Below, in pieces: positions 54,942 through 64,000 of a DNA stretch of 64,000 bases. Below the pieces are notes generated by a model. The model made no database searches and was not told the DNA's origin. It was given only the letters and a program-made list of their open reading frames with translations. The translations under genes were made by a program, and so were the position numbers. The stretch is from an uncultured Gemmataceae bacterium (GTDB lineage Bacteria > Planctomycetota > Planctomycetia > Gemmatales > Gemmataceae): assembly GCA_963750165.1 (NCBI GenBank), contig CAVVPN010000003.1, forward strand, positions 1,120,001 to 1,184,000, in the 5' to 3' direction. How positions within the stretch are numbered: the stretch's first letter is position 1; the number at the start of each line of letters is the position of its first letter.

Positions 54942-57446
54942 TCACTTCTTCTGCGCCACCAGCGGCCGGTTGGCGATGGCCCGCCGCACCGCCGGCGGCA
55001 GCGGCGCGTCCACGCCCTTGATCGACTTCCACAGAATCTCGTTCAGCTCAAAGTCGTCCACCAGGTCATAGTCGCTGAAGTCCATCTTCGCGGAGCGCTC
55101 CGCCCCGAAAGCGTTCTTGGGGTTGATCGCGTTCAGATCAATCTGGGCCGCGACGTGTGTGTACGGCGTCAGGTCGGCCTTGTTGGTGAAGCTGTTGAAC
55201 ATCGGCCGCGCCGCCGCGTCGTACTGGCTCAGCGGCGGCAGTCCCAGAATCAGCTCCATCGTGCGAATCATGCTGACCGTGCTGTACTGCGTGCTGTCCA
55301 CCGCCTTGCGCTTCGTGTACGGGCTGATGACCAGGCCGACGGTGCGGTGCGCGTCCACGTGATCGGGGCCGTTCTGGGCGTCGTCCTCGATGACGAAGAT
55401 GGCCGTCTGCGGCCACAGCTTGCTCTTGCTCACCGCCTCGACGAGCCGGCCCAGCGCCAGGTCATTGCTGGCGACGCACGCCTGCGGCGTGAACGTGCCC
55501 GGCGTTGTGCCGGTCGTGTGGTCCTCGCCCAGGCTCATCACGATGAAGCGCGGCATCGTGCCGTTCTTCTCGAACGCGCGGTACTCCTTCAGGAACGTCT
55601 CGACGTTATCGGTGTCGCGCACCTTCCGGCCCTTGACCTTCGGCACGCCGTAGTCCGGGCAGATGTGGCCGACCAGGCCCGGCACCCGCGCTTCCATTTT
55701 GGCACTGCCGTCCTCCTGACTGACGCGCTTGCCGTACTCGCCGTAGCTGCGGTAGCTGACGCCGTTGCGGGCGCAGGCGTCCCACAAATACCCGGACGGC
55801 CCCTTCGACAAATTGCCGTCGGCGTCGTCGTCCACGCCGATGCGCCGCGAATACGTCAGGTGCCAGTCACGCGCGATGTAGTCGGTGTGGTACGCCATCG
55901 TGGACCACGGATGACCGTCGCGCGACACCTGACCGTTGCAGTACAGATTGTCCAGCAGCACGAACTCGCGCGCCAGCTTGTGGGCGTTCGGCGTCACCTT
56001 CGCGCCGAACATCACCAGCGACGGATCGCCGTTGCCCCCCTTGACGGCGCCGAGAACCTGATCGTAAGTGCGGTTTTCACGGATGATGTAGATGACGTAC
56101 TTGATCGGTGACGGGTCGCCGACCTTCGTCGGGATGGCGGTGACGCGCTTATCCGGCACGCCGGTGAGCAGCTTGTCGGAATACGGGCAATTGCGGTAAA
56201 CGAGGGCGGTATACTCCGCGAGCTTCTTCGACAGCTGTTTTTCATTGGGGATGGGGATGACGGACAGCGCCCCGGACAGCGTGGTGCCGATGTACGGATA
56301 CGGCAGCTTGGTGAGCTTGTTGGGCTTGCCGTCCTTGTAGAGCGGGTTGGCCTTCGTTTGCAGGCCCTTGCCGACGCCGACGAGCAGCGTCTTGCTGTCG
56401 GGCGTCACGGCGACGGAGGTCGGATACCAGCCGGTCGGGATGAAGCCGACAACCTGGCTTTTGTCCCGCTCGCGGAGGTCGATGACGGCGACGCAGTTGT
56501 TGTCCGCGTTGGCCACGTAGAGCATTTTGCCGTCCGGCGCCACTGCCAGGGCGTCCGGCGTGCTGCCCTCGGGCGTCTTCTCGGGCGCCTTCGGGAACAG
56601 GTCGGTGTAAATCGTCTCGGTGACGATGCCACGCTTCGTATCGATGACCGAGACGCAGTTGCTGGAAGCGCAGGCGACAAACAGGCGGTCGTCCTTCGGG
56701 TGCAGGGCCAGCTGATTGGGGTGCTCGCCGACGGCGATCTTGAAGACGACACGCAGCGTCTTCGGGTCGAGCGCCAGCACCTGCCGGCCGGCCCAGTCCG
56801 AGACGAACAGCTGCGTGCGATTGCGGCTCATGAGGATGTCGTAGGGCCGGCCGCCAATCGTTACCGCGGGCTTGGTGGTGCCGGTCGGCAGGTCGATGGC
56901 GCTGACGGTGCCCTGGTTGATGTCCAACGAGTACAGCACGTCCGCCCGGGCGTCGTGGAACACGCCGCTCTTGAAGCCCTTCGCGGCGTCCTTCTTTTTC
57001 TTGCCGCCCTTGCCCTCCGGCTCCGCGGGACTGGTGCGCGTCAACTTGTCGCCCTCAAGTTTGAACTTGTGCAACATGCCGGAGCCGCCGCCGGACCAGA
57101 TTACCTCGTCGAGCTTCGCCCGCGTCAGGCCGAACCAGCTTTGCCGCACCGTCTGCCGATCAACGATCTTCTGCGTGGCGATGTCGATGAGCGACAGCTC
57201 GTGCTTATTGAAGCCGCTGGTCGCGACCAGGGCGTGCTTGCCGTCGGCCAGCGGCATGATGTTCAGCGGCAGGTCGGTCAGCTCGACGTGCTTGCCCACT
57301 GGCGTGAGCCGCCAGCCGTTGGGCAGCAGGAAGCCGCTGTCCGTCGGCCCGGCGTACTGCGGTTTGGTTTTGTCCTGGCCGGGCAATGACCCGCCGGGAC
57401 TCAGCAGAAAACACAGGGCGAAAAGCGCGAACAGACAGCGCGACAT
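54942..57446 (-). CDS. YncE-like beta-propeller fused to a phosphoesterase/alkaline-phosphatase-family domain
   Basis: LPNGW.LTP.G, GFIPTGWYP, YIIRENRTYDQVLG, DN.Y.....S.DGH.W, IEDDAQNGPDHVDAHR. Confidence 0.9.
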   Translation of the reverse strand: MSRCLFALFALCFLLSPGGSLPGQDKTKPQYAGPTDSGFLLPNGWRLTPVGKHVELTDLPLNIMPLADGKHALVATSGFNKHELSLIDIATQKIVDRQTVRQSWFGLTRAKLDEVIWSGGGSGMLHKFKLEGDKLTRTSPAEPEGKGGKKKKDAAKGFKSGVFHDARADVLYSLDINQGTVSAIDLPTGTTKPAVTIGGRPYDILMSRNRTQLFVSDWAGRQVLALDPKTLRVVFKIAVGEHPNQLALHPKDDRLFVACASSNCVSVIDTKRGIVTETIYTDLFPKAPEKTPEGSTPDALAVAPDGKMLYVANADNNCVAVIDLRERDKSQVVGFIPTGWYPTSVAVTPDSKTLLVGVGKGLQTKANPLYKDGKPNKLTKLPYPYIGTTLSGALSVIPIPNEKQLSKKLAEYTALVYRNCPYSDKLLTGVPDKRVTAIPTKVGDPSPIKYVIYIIRENRTYDQVLGAVKGGNGDPSLVMFGAKVTPNAHKLAREFVLLDNLYCNGQVSRDGHPWSTMAYHTDYIARDWHLTYSRRIGVDDDADGNLSKGPSGYLWDACARNGVSYRSYGEYGKRVSQEDGSAKMEARVPGLVGHICPDYGVPKVKGRKVRDTDNVETFLKEYRAFEKNGTMPRFIVMSLGEDHTTGTTPGTFTPQACVASNDLALGRLVEAVSKSKLWPQTAIFVIEDDAQNGPDHVDAHRTVGLVISPYTKRKAVDSTQYSTVSMIRTMELILGLPPLSQYDAAARPMFNSFTNKADLTPYTHVAAQIDLNAINPKNAFGAERSAKMDFSDYDLVDDFELNEILWKSIKGVDAPLPPAVRRAIANRPLVAQKK

Positions 57447-57824
57447 GGAACAGACCTCCGACAAAGGGTAGAGGCGGGGAGCGTATCCTGGCATTGTGTC
57501 GCCGGCCCGGAGGGCGTCCAGTTTGTTTTCGGTGAAGATTCCAGAAAAGTGATGGTTCCGGGACATTCCGCAGTCCAACGCTTCCCGGAACGACCTCCCC
57601 TACACCGCGCAGAAGCTGTGCCGAAAGTTAATGTATGATCTTCCGAACGCGAACGACCTTCCCGTGCCGGAAATCAATGGCCAGGACCGCCCCTGAGGGG
57701 CCGATCCCAAAGCGTCACGGGCGGCCAAGCAGCGGCACACGCTCTCAACGGGTTGCCAAGGTCCGGAAGAATACCTCAAGACCTGTCGGCATCGACCACG
57801 CACCGCTCACCTTCCACCACGCAG

Positions 57825-57900
57825 GTCAGGCGATGCCGTTGGTTGTCACATCCGGGAGATGGGAGGCGCGCCGTGTGGCCATGTGGCCAGGTGACTCCCC
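57825..57900. repeat. Dispersed 77-bp non-coding element, copy 2
   Basis: Last 36 nt identical to 23264-23299. Confidence 0.85.
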
Positions 57901-57995
57901 GCATCCTGCCGCTTTCGGGCCGACGGCCCTTGTCGTCGTGCGGAGCGCCGGCCAGAATAGCGGCGAACCGGGTCACTCGTTCCAGGGACATCACC

Positions 57996-59178
57996 ATGAA
58001 CCCCACACTCCGCCGCGCCGCCCTCGTGAACCTGTTGCTCGCCGCGCTGTTCCTCGGGCTGCCGACCGCGCCGGCCCAGGACAAGGCCGCCCCCCAGGCA
58101 AAAGACCTGGCCGCAGTGCTCAAGCCCTTCGTCGAGAAGGGCGAACTCGCCGGCGCCGTCGTCCTGGTCGCCGACAGGAACAAAATCCTCGACCTCGAAG
58201 CGGTCGGCTACTCCGACCTCGCGGCCAAAACGCTGATGGGCACCGACGCCCTGTTCTGGATCGCCTCGGAGTCGAAACCGATCACCGCCGCGGCGCTCGA
58301 TGCTGCTCGTGGACGCCGGCAAGGTGAAACTGGACGATCCGGTGGAGAAATACCTGCCCGAGTTCCGCGGCCAGATGGTCGAGGTGAAAGAGGATGGCAA
58401 AAAGGTGCTGAAAAAGCCGAGCCACCCGATCACCGTCCGCGAAGTCCTGAGCCACACCAGCGGCCTGCCGTTCAGCACCGGGGTGGAACGACCAACGCTC
58501 GACACGCTGACGCTGAAGGAGGGCGCGCACAGCTACGCCAAGACGCCGCTAATGTTCGAGCCAGGCACCAAGTACGCCTACTCCAACGCTGGCATCAACA
58601 CCGCCGGCCGCATCATCGAGGTCGTCAGCGGCATGCCGTATGAGGATTTTCTGCAAAATCGGCTGTTCACCCCACTCGGCATGAAGGACACCACCTTCTG
58701 GCCCAACGAGGCGCAGTTGAAGCGCCTGGCGAAGTCGTACCGGGCGAACAAGGCCAAAACCGCCCTGGAAGCGATGACCATCGGCCAGCTCAAATATCCG
58801 CTCAACGACCGCAAGCGGCAGCCGATGCCGGCCGGTGGCCTGTTCTCAACGGCCAGTGACGTGGCCCACTTCGCGCAGATGATCCTCAACAACGGCACCT
58901 TCCAGGGCAAGCGCATTCTGTCCGAGGCGGCGGTCAAGGAGATGACGACGCGGCAGACGGCGAAGGGTCTGACGAGCTACGGCCTGGGCTTCTCGGTCAA
59001 CGGCGTTAACGTTGGCCACGGCGGCGCCTACAACACCAACTTCAACATCGACCGGCAGCGCGGCTTGATTACGGTGTGGATGGTGCAGCAGGCCGGGCCC
59101 TACCCCGGCAACGGCGGCCAGAGTTCGGGGGCCTTCCGCAAGGCGGCAGACCAGCGCTTCGGCAAGGTGAAGAATTGA
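57996..59178 (+). CDS. Serine hydrolase, beta-lactamase family (frameshift near 58298)
   Basis: FWIASESK (SxxK), LDDPV.KYLPE, LSHTSGL, YSN, PLGMKDT, GHGG. Confidence 0.9.
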
Positions 59179-59193
59179 GGCGGGGGCTGCTGT

Positions 59194-59248
59194 CCGATTG
59201 ATCGGTTCGCGCTCATGCTCCAGGCACGAACGCGAACCGATCAATCGG
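59194..59248. terminator. Hairpin between convergent genes
   Basis: CCGATTGATCGGTTCGCG / CGCGAACCGATCAATCGG, 18-bp perfect arms. Confidence 0.6.
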
Positions 59249-59270
59249 TCAACTGCAACTGGATCGTGAA

Positions 59271-59606
59271 TCACGCCAGCTGCAAGAAATCCTGGTACTT
59301 CAGGCGTTTCTGAAAGTGAATACCGGCCTCCCACTGACCGTTCTGGGCCCGGCACCAGATGACGTTGCCGACGACCCGCAGCGGCCGCCGCTGGCTCTGG
59401 CCCTCCAGCGAGATGGTGACCTCCTGGCCCCGGGCCAGGTCGGCCTGGAGCAGCAAGCGCACGCCGCACTCGGAAACGTTCAGCGTGGCCACGGCCAGGT
59501 TGGCGCCGAGGTCCAGAGCCCCCTTGCGGCAGGTGGCCTTGATCCGGCTCTTCGGCGGCCGGCGCAGCGAAAGGCGCCGGTTTGCCTGGATCTTTTCTTG
59601 ACTCAT
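59271..59606 (-). CDS. Single-domain PilZ protein
   Basis: RRLSLR (RxxxR) and NVSECG (D/NxSxxG) motifs; VIWCR...AGIHF. Confidence 0.85.
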   Translation of the reverse strand: MSQEKIQANRRLSLRRPPKSRIKATCRKGALDLGANLAVATLNVSECGVRLLLQADLARGQEVTISLEGQSQRRPLRVVGNVIWCRAQNGQWEAGIHFQKRLKYQDFLQLA

Positions 59607-59708
59607 GGCTTCCTCCCATACCAAGATAGGTCACGGCCCGGTCCTGTGCAAACGGCCGGACGCGGGCGCCGCGATCCGCCGTACCCCAAATTTTGAAGGA
59701 GTCGTCTC

Positions 59709-60095
59709 ATGCGTCTGCGACTGACCTGGCTGGCGTGCGTGGGCGGTCTGGTGCTGGTGCTGGCGGGCTGCCAGCGGTTGCACGTCGAGAAGCCCCTGGA
59801 CCTCAACCCCGGTGACCTGAAGTACATCGAGGTGGACGCGCCGCGCGGCGACCAGAAGGTGGAGATCCAGGTCACCGCTACCGAGCCGGTGGACGTGTTC
59901 GTCGTCAAGGAGGACCAGTTGCGGGAGTTCGACAAGAAGAACGGGGATTTCGACAAGAGCAAGGCCATCACCGTCAAGAAGGGGGTCAAGTCGGAGACGT
60001 TTCAGGTGACCGCCGAGGCTGGCAAGAAGTTCGGCGTGATCCTCAAGGCGCTGAGCAAGTCCTCCGCTGTCAAGGTCACCATCGACGGGCGCTGA
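59709..60095 (+). CDS. Hypothetical lipoprotein
   Basis: AAGGAG RBS, lipobox LAGC. Confidence 0.75.
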   Translation: MRLRLTWLACVGGLVLVLAGCQRLHVEKPLDLNPGDLKYIEVDAPRGDQKVEIQVTATEPVDVFVVKEDQLREFDKKNGDFDKSKAITVKKGVKSETFQVTAEAGKKFGVILKALSKSSAVKVTIDGR

Positions 60096-60296
60096 ACGCG
60101 GTGACCAGGCATCACAGAACGACAATAAAACGCAAGATCAGCGCATCGCTAACGAACAGGAAGGGGTACGGCTGTCGCGCACCGCTCGGCACAGCACGCG
60201 GCGGCGGCAAGATAACGGTTGCCCGTGCCCCACCGATTGGTTAACATTGGATGAAAGTTGCCCGCGTTTGTCCGCTACTTTGGGGGGAATCCTACC

Positions 60297-61588
60297 ATGC
60301 TGACGTTTTTCGGGAGGAAGCAGCGCTTCTGCGACGGCCTCAGTCGCCGTAACTTCCTCAAGATTGGCGCCTTTGGCGCCGGTCTGACGCTGGCCGACCT
60401 GCTCCGCGCCCTGCGCTGGGCAGCAACAACCAACCCGCCGCACGCACGGCCGGCACCGCCAACAAGGCGGCTATCATGATCTACCTGCCGGGCGGCCCGT
60501 CCCACATGGACATGTATGACCTCAAGCCGAACGCGCCGACGGAGTACCGCGGCGAGTTCCGGCCCATCGCGACCAATGTGCCCGGCATCCAGATTTGCGA
60601 ACACTTCCCGCAGCAGGCGCGGATGTTCGACAAGCTGGCGGTGTTGCGCTCCATCGTCAGCGTCGATGAGCACAGCGATTCGCTGGTGATGACCGGCTAC
60701 AGCGAGAACACCAATCGCACCGCTCACCATCCGTCGTTCGGTTCGGTGATGTCGCGGTTGCGCGGCAACAGCGGCGACGTGACGCCGTTCGTGAGCCTGC
60801 GCGGCATGGGCATCGGTTGCGAGCCCGGCTACCTCGGCGTGGCCCACCGGCCCTTCACGCCGAACGGCCCTGGCCTGGAGAACCTCCGTTACGCCAACGG
60901 CGTCAACGGCGACCGCGTCAGCGACCGCCGCAGTCTGCTGGAGACCTTCGACAATGTCCGCCGCGACATTGACGCCAGCGGCACCATGAGTGGCATGGAC
61001 TCCTTCGCCACTCGGGCCTTCGACATGGTGGCCTCCGGCACCGTCCGCCAGGCCCTCGACCTGACGCGCGAGGATCCGCGCGTCCGCGACCGCTATCGCG
61101 GCGTCGAGCAGTTCCTGACGGCCCGCCGTCTGGTGGAAGCGGGTGTCGGCTGCGTCACGCTGTCGATCGGCGGCTGGGACACGCACGGCCAGAACTTCCA
61201 GCAGTTGCGCCGCCAGTTGCCGCAGGTGGACCGCGGCGTCGCCAACCTGATTCAGGATCTGAACGACCGCGGCATGCAGAATGATGTCGTGACCATCATG
61301 TGGGGCGAGTTCGGCCGCACGCCGCGCGTCAACACCAGCGCCGGCCGCGATCACTGGTCGCCGGTCATGTCGGCGCTGGTCGCCGGCGGCGGCCTGCGCA
61401 TGGGCCAGGCGGTCGGCACGTCGAGCGCTCGCGGCGAGGTTCCGGCAAGCCGGCGCGTCACCGCCGCGCAGGTGCTGGCGACGCTGTATCGCGCCATGGG
61501 CATCGACCCGTCACGGACCTTCCCGAACCAGAGCGGTCGGCCGATGTACATCCTCGATGATCGTGAGCCGATCAGCGAGTTGCTGTAA
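60297..61588 (+). CDS. DUF1501 domain protein with Tat signal (frameshift near 60410)
   Basis: SRRNFL, GGPSH.D.YD.KP.AP, ARRLVEAGV, WDTH, GEFGRTP, GRDHW. Confidence 0.9.
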
Positions 61589-61624
61589 TCTTCGGGGCAG
61601 GCGGCTCGCCTGCACCACGAAACG

Positions 61625-61664
61625 ACAACGCCACGCTTCCCGAATCTGGGAGGCGTGGCGTTGT
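61625..61664. terminator. Hairpin between convergent DUF1501 gene and groES
   Basis: ACAACGCCACGCTTCCC / GGGAGGCGTGGCGTTGT. Confidence 0.65.
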
Positions 61665-61686
61665 GCGTTGGTCGGCCGGGCGGCGT

Positions 61687-61974
61687 TCAGTCCACGATGG
61701 CCAGGATGTCGTCTTCCGACATGATGAGGTATTCCTGACCGTCCACGTTAATCTCGTTGCCGGCGTAGGAGGTGAACAGCACGCGATCGCCCTCCTTGAC
61801 CTGGAAGCTGGCGCGTTTGCCGTTCTCCAGCAGCTTGCCCTCGCCGACGCTGATGACCTTGCCCTGCCGCGGCTTTTCCTTGGCGGTGTCCGGCAGCACA
61901 ATGCCGCCGGCCGTCTTCTCCTCGGCCTCCAGGCGCTTGACCACGATCTTGTCGTTCAGGGGTACGACGTTCAT
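61687..61974 (-). CDS. groES: Co-chaperonin GroES
   Basis: PLNDKIVV, EEKTAGGIVLPDTAKEKP, VKEGDRVLF..YAG, EDDILAIV. Confidence 0.95.
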   Translation of the reverse strand: MNVVPLNDKIVVKRLEAEEKTAGGIVLPDTAKEKPRQGKVISVGEGKLLENGKRASFQVKEGDRVLFTSYAGNEINVDGQEYLIMSEDDILAIVD

Positions 61975-62011
61975 GTCCTTGGGACTCCTCGTTGAACTTA
62001 CCAGGGTGACA

Positions 62012-62437
62012 CTACTCTTCCAGGGCGGGCGGCTCCTGCTGCGGCCGCTGGCCGTACACGCGTACCAGAGCGCGGACGACCACGTACAGCACGACGTTCT
62101 TGCTGACCGGTTTGGGGATGACGCTGTAGGCACGGGCCTGGAAGGCCTGGCGCATCAGCGCCTCGGTGGCGTCGCCGGTGACGAGGATGCACGGCAGCAC
62201 GGCGTTGATCTGGCGGACCAACTCCAGCGTCTCCAGGCCGGTCAAGCGCGGCATGTGCATGTCGAGCAGGGCCAGGTGGACCGTCTCCTCGCGGACAATA
62301 TCGACCGCCTCCTCACCGGAGGACGCGAGGTATGTGCGAAAGCCTTCCGGCTCGACGATTTCGCGCAGCGTTTCGCGGCTGTCGGGATCGTTGTCGGTAA
62401 TCAGAATCGAAAACGGTTTGTCAATGGTTCTACTCAT
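62012..62437 (-). CDS. Single-domain response regulator
   Basis: ILITDND, LLDMHMP...GLE, ILVTG, IPKP. Confidence 0.9.
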   Translation of the reverse strand: MSRTIDKPFSILITDNDPDSRETLREIVEPEGFRTYLASSGEEAVDIVREETVHLALLDMHMPRLTGLETLELVRQINAVLPCILVTGDATEALMRQAFQARAYSVIPKPVSKNVVLYVVVRALVRVYGQRPQQEPPALEE

Positions 62438-62647
62438 GGCTCTTCCCCTCGGGGGATCGCCGAGAGAAACGGGAGTGAGGAAAGCAAATCACATACCGCG
62501 CCGCGCTGGGGGCAGCAGCGGTCGTGTAAGTCCTTCTCTAAGCAAAGCATATGCTGCGAAAAAAACAAGAGTGACTGGCGGGTTTTCCGCACGGCTGCCA
62601 CTTCGGGAGGCGGCGGCTGTCAGGTTGGCAGGAGTGTGATTGGCCCC

Positions 62648-62687
62648 GTTTACGTTTCGCGCGGCGCGACCCGCGCGAAACGTAAAC
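62648..62687. repeat. Hairpin family F, copy 2
   Basis: GTTTACGTTTCGCGCGG...CCGCGCGAAACGTAAAC. Confidence 0.8.
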
Positions 62688-62704
62688 AGGGGGCGCATCG
62701 GGGT

Positions 62705-63727
62705 TCAGCGATTGCGGCCAAGGTTGCTGGGATTGAACTGGTCATCCGTCCACTGCTGTTCGGGCACGCGGAACTGGTCAAAAGCGTAATACTCGACCTC
62801 CTGGCCGCGGTCATCAACGGTGATAACCATGACGGGCAGGCGCAGGGTGGTGTCGAAGAACCACCAGCGTTGGCCGCCGCGCGGCAGCTGCGGTTCGCGG
62901 CCCGGCATGATGACCTGATGGACGGTCTCCAGGGCCTTGGTCCCGTATTCCGGCCGCTGCATCGGTCCGAGATACTTGAGGGAACCGGCCCGCGGGTCGC
63001 CCTTTTCAAAGGCGTCCAGCAGGCGGCCGAACTGATCGATCATGTTGCCGAGGCCCGCCTCGGTGACCGGATGGCGGGCGCGATCCATGACCGTGGGACT
63101 CAGTGGGTCCAGTTCGATCAGCGCACCCTTCGGCTTGAAGGGGTGCTCGCCGGGGGCTGTGAAGATCTGCATCTTGTTATTGTACCGGCCCTTGACGAAG
63201 ATCATCTCGCGCCCCTTGCCAGCCGTGCCGATCCATTTGAAGTAGACGCTCCAGGGCGCCTGGCGGAACCGGAACTGGACCTGCTCCTCGGGCTGTTGCT
63301 TGCCGTTCACGACCTCGCGGCGGCGCAGCAACACCTCATAGCAGTTGATGGCAGCGTAGCGTTCGGCGCAGAGGCGGTACAGGGTGCGCAGCGGCGACGC
63401 GGCGGCGGTGTTCGGCGACACGGGCGGGTTGGGGGCGGCATTCGGCTGGGCTGGATTGGTGGACGCCGTCGGCTGGGCGAGTCGGGTTGGTTCGGTCAGG
63501 GCGGGCGCTGGCGGTGCGGTGTCGTTGATGGCCAGCGGCGTGCCGGCCTGGGCCAGCGGTGCGGGCGGTGCTGCAGGCTGCTGTGCCGCCGGCTGCGCCG
63601 GCTGGCCGACGAAGGGCCTGGGTGGGGGGTCCGGTGCGGTGCCGCGCGGGGTCGAGCGACAGCCGAGGACAGTCAGGGCGACCAGCAGGCCGAGCGAGCC
63701 GAACCGGCGAACGTGACGGCGGAGCAT
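62705..63727 (-). CDS. DUF1571 domain lipoprotein
   Basis: Lipobox VLGC; Y...L.RREVVNG...EE...FR..PWSVYFKW...GRE...V.G, RHP.TEAG, E.Y.F. Confidence 0.82.
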   Translation of the reverse strand: MLRRHVRRFGSLGLLVALTVLGCRSTPRGTAPDPPPRPFVGQPAQPAAQQPAAPPAPLAQAGTPLAINDTAPPAPALTEPTRLAQPTASTNPAQPNAAPNPPVSPNTAAASPLRTLYRLCAERYAAINCYEVLLRRREVVNGKQQPEEQVQFRFRQAPWSVYFKWIGTAGKGREMIFVKGRYNNKMQIFTAPGEHPFKPKGALIELDPLSPTVMDRARHPVTEAGLGNMIDQFGRLLDAFEKGDPRAGSLKYLGPMQRPEYGTKALETVHQVIMPGREPQLPRGGQRWWFFDTTLRLPVMVITVDDRGQEVEYYAFDQFRVPEQQWTDDQFNPSNLGRNR

Positions 63728-63938
63728 GCCAGCATCCCTTCTCCTGGAACCGGGCGACCAGCCCGAGGCACTATCCACCTCGGGGCCGCGAACATAGCGA
63801 CAAAAGCGTGCCAGAAACAGACGAATTTTTTCGCGCGAATAGGACAGCGCTCGTTACCGATCCGTTACACACTGGCCGCCGCGGTGGGATTACAATAGCC
63901 GGCGTACCGATCACCCCGACCCCGATTGGAGGACGGCC

Positions 63939-64000
63939 ATGCACCGTGTCTTCGCGTCTCTCGCCGGCCTGGCACTGCTGGGCCTGGCCACCGTCGCACC
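63939..64000 (+). CDS. Start of an exported protein (runs off the window)
   Basis: GGAGG RBS, then MHRVFASLAGLALLGLATVA signal peptide. Confidence 0.6.
   Translation, partial: MHRVFASLAGLALLGLATVA

Noticed and set aside
27056..59606. HD-GYP, two GGDEF proteins and PilZ as one c-di-GMP system
   Set aside because: They are scattered over 32 kb among unrelated genes, which is ordinary for a signalling-rich genome
61772..63898. Long opposite-strand ORFs (61772..63898, 6122..7933, 25183..26910, 38030..39808 and similar)
   Set aside because: They are antisense shadows of motif-supported genes, expected in high-GC DNA

Overview
High-GC bacterial chromosomal window, most likely a Planctomycetota (Gemmataceae-like) genome, inferred from the co-occurrence of TIGR03067, DUF1559, DUF1501, DUF1571, DUF4058, DUF11 and short secretin-like genes. 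It carries housekeeping genes (secG-yicC-gmk-rpoZ, rpsA, mutL, nadD, queC, a lone groES) and signalling genes (sigma70-family factor, sigma54 activator, FHA-STAS, two diguanylate cyclases, HD-GYP, PilZ, a pseudokinase). It also has secreted hydrolases and a selenocysteine formate dehydrogenase operon (alpha with in-frame UGA and SECIS, beta, NrfD). About 11 single-base frameshifts break otherwise intact genes, including secG, so they are probably long-read assembly errors. No rRNA, tRNA, CRISPR array, integrase, transposase or reverse transcriptase was seen. The most striking unexplained layer is non-coding. Many gene gaps hold palindromic elements from many distinct families, some nested in each other and some with 40-44 bp perfect arms built from 7- or 9-mer units. 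One copy sits in-frame inside the formate dehydrogenase gene with a compensatory base-pair change. Other candidates for novelty are a 6xTIGR03067-DUF1559 protein with repeated Cys-acidic linkers, queC coupled to a UbiA-type prenyltransferase, an orphan double-length KdpC, and two unexplained non-palindromic repeats. Family assignments come from motif recognition only; no searches were run.
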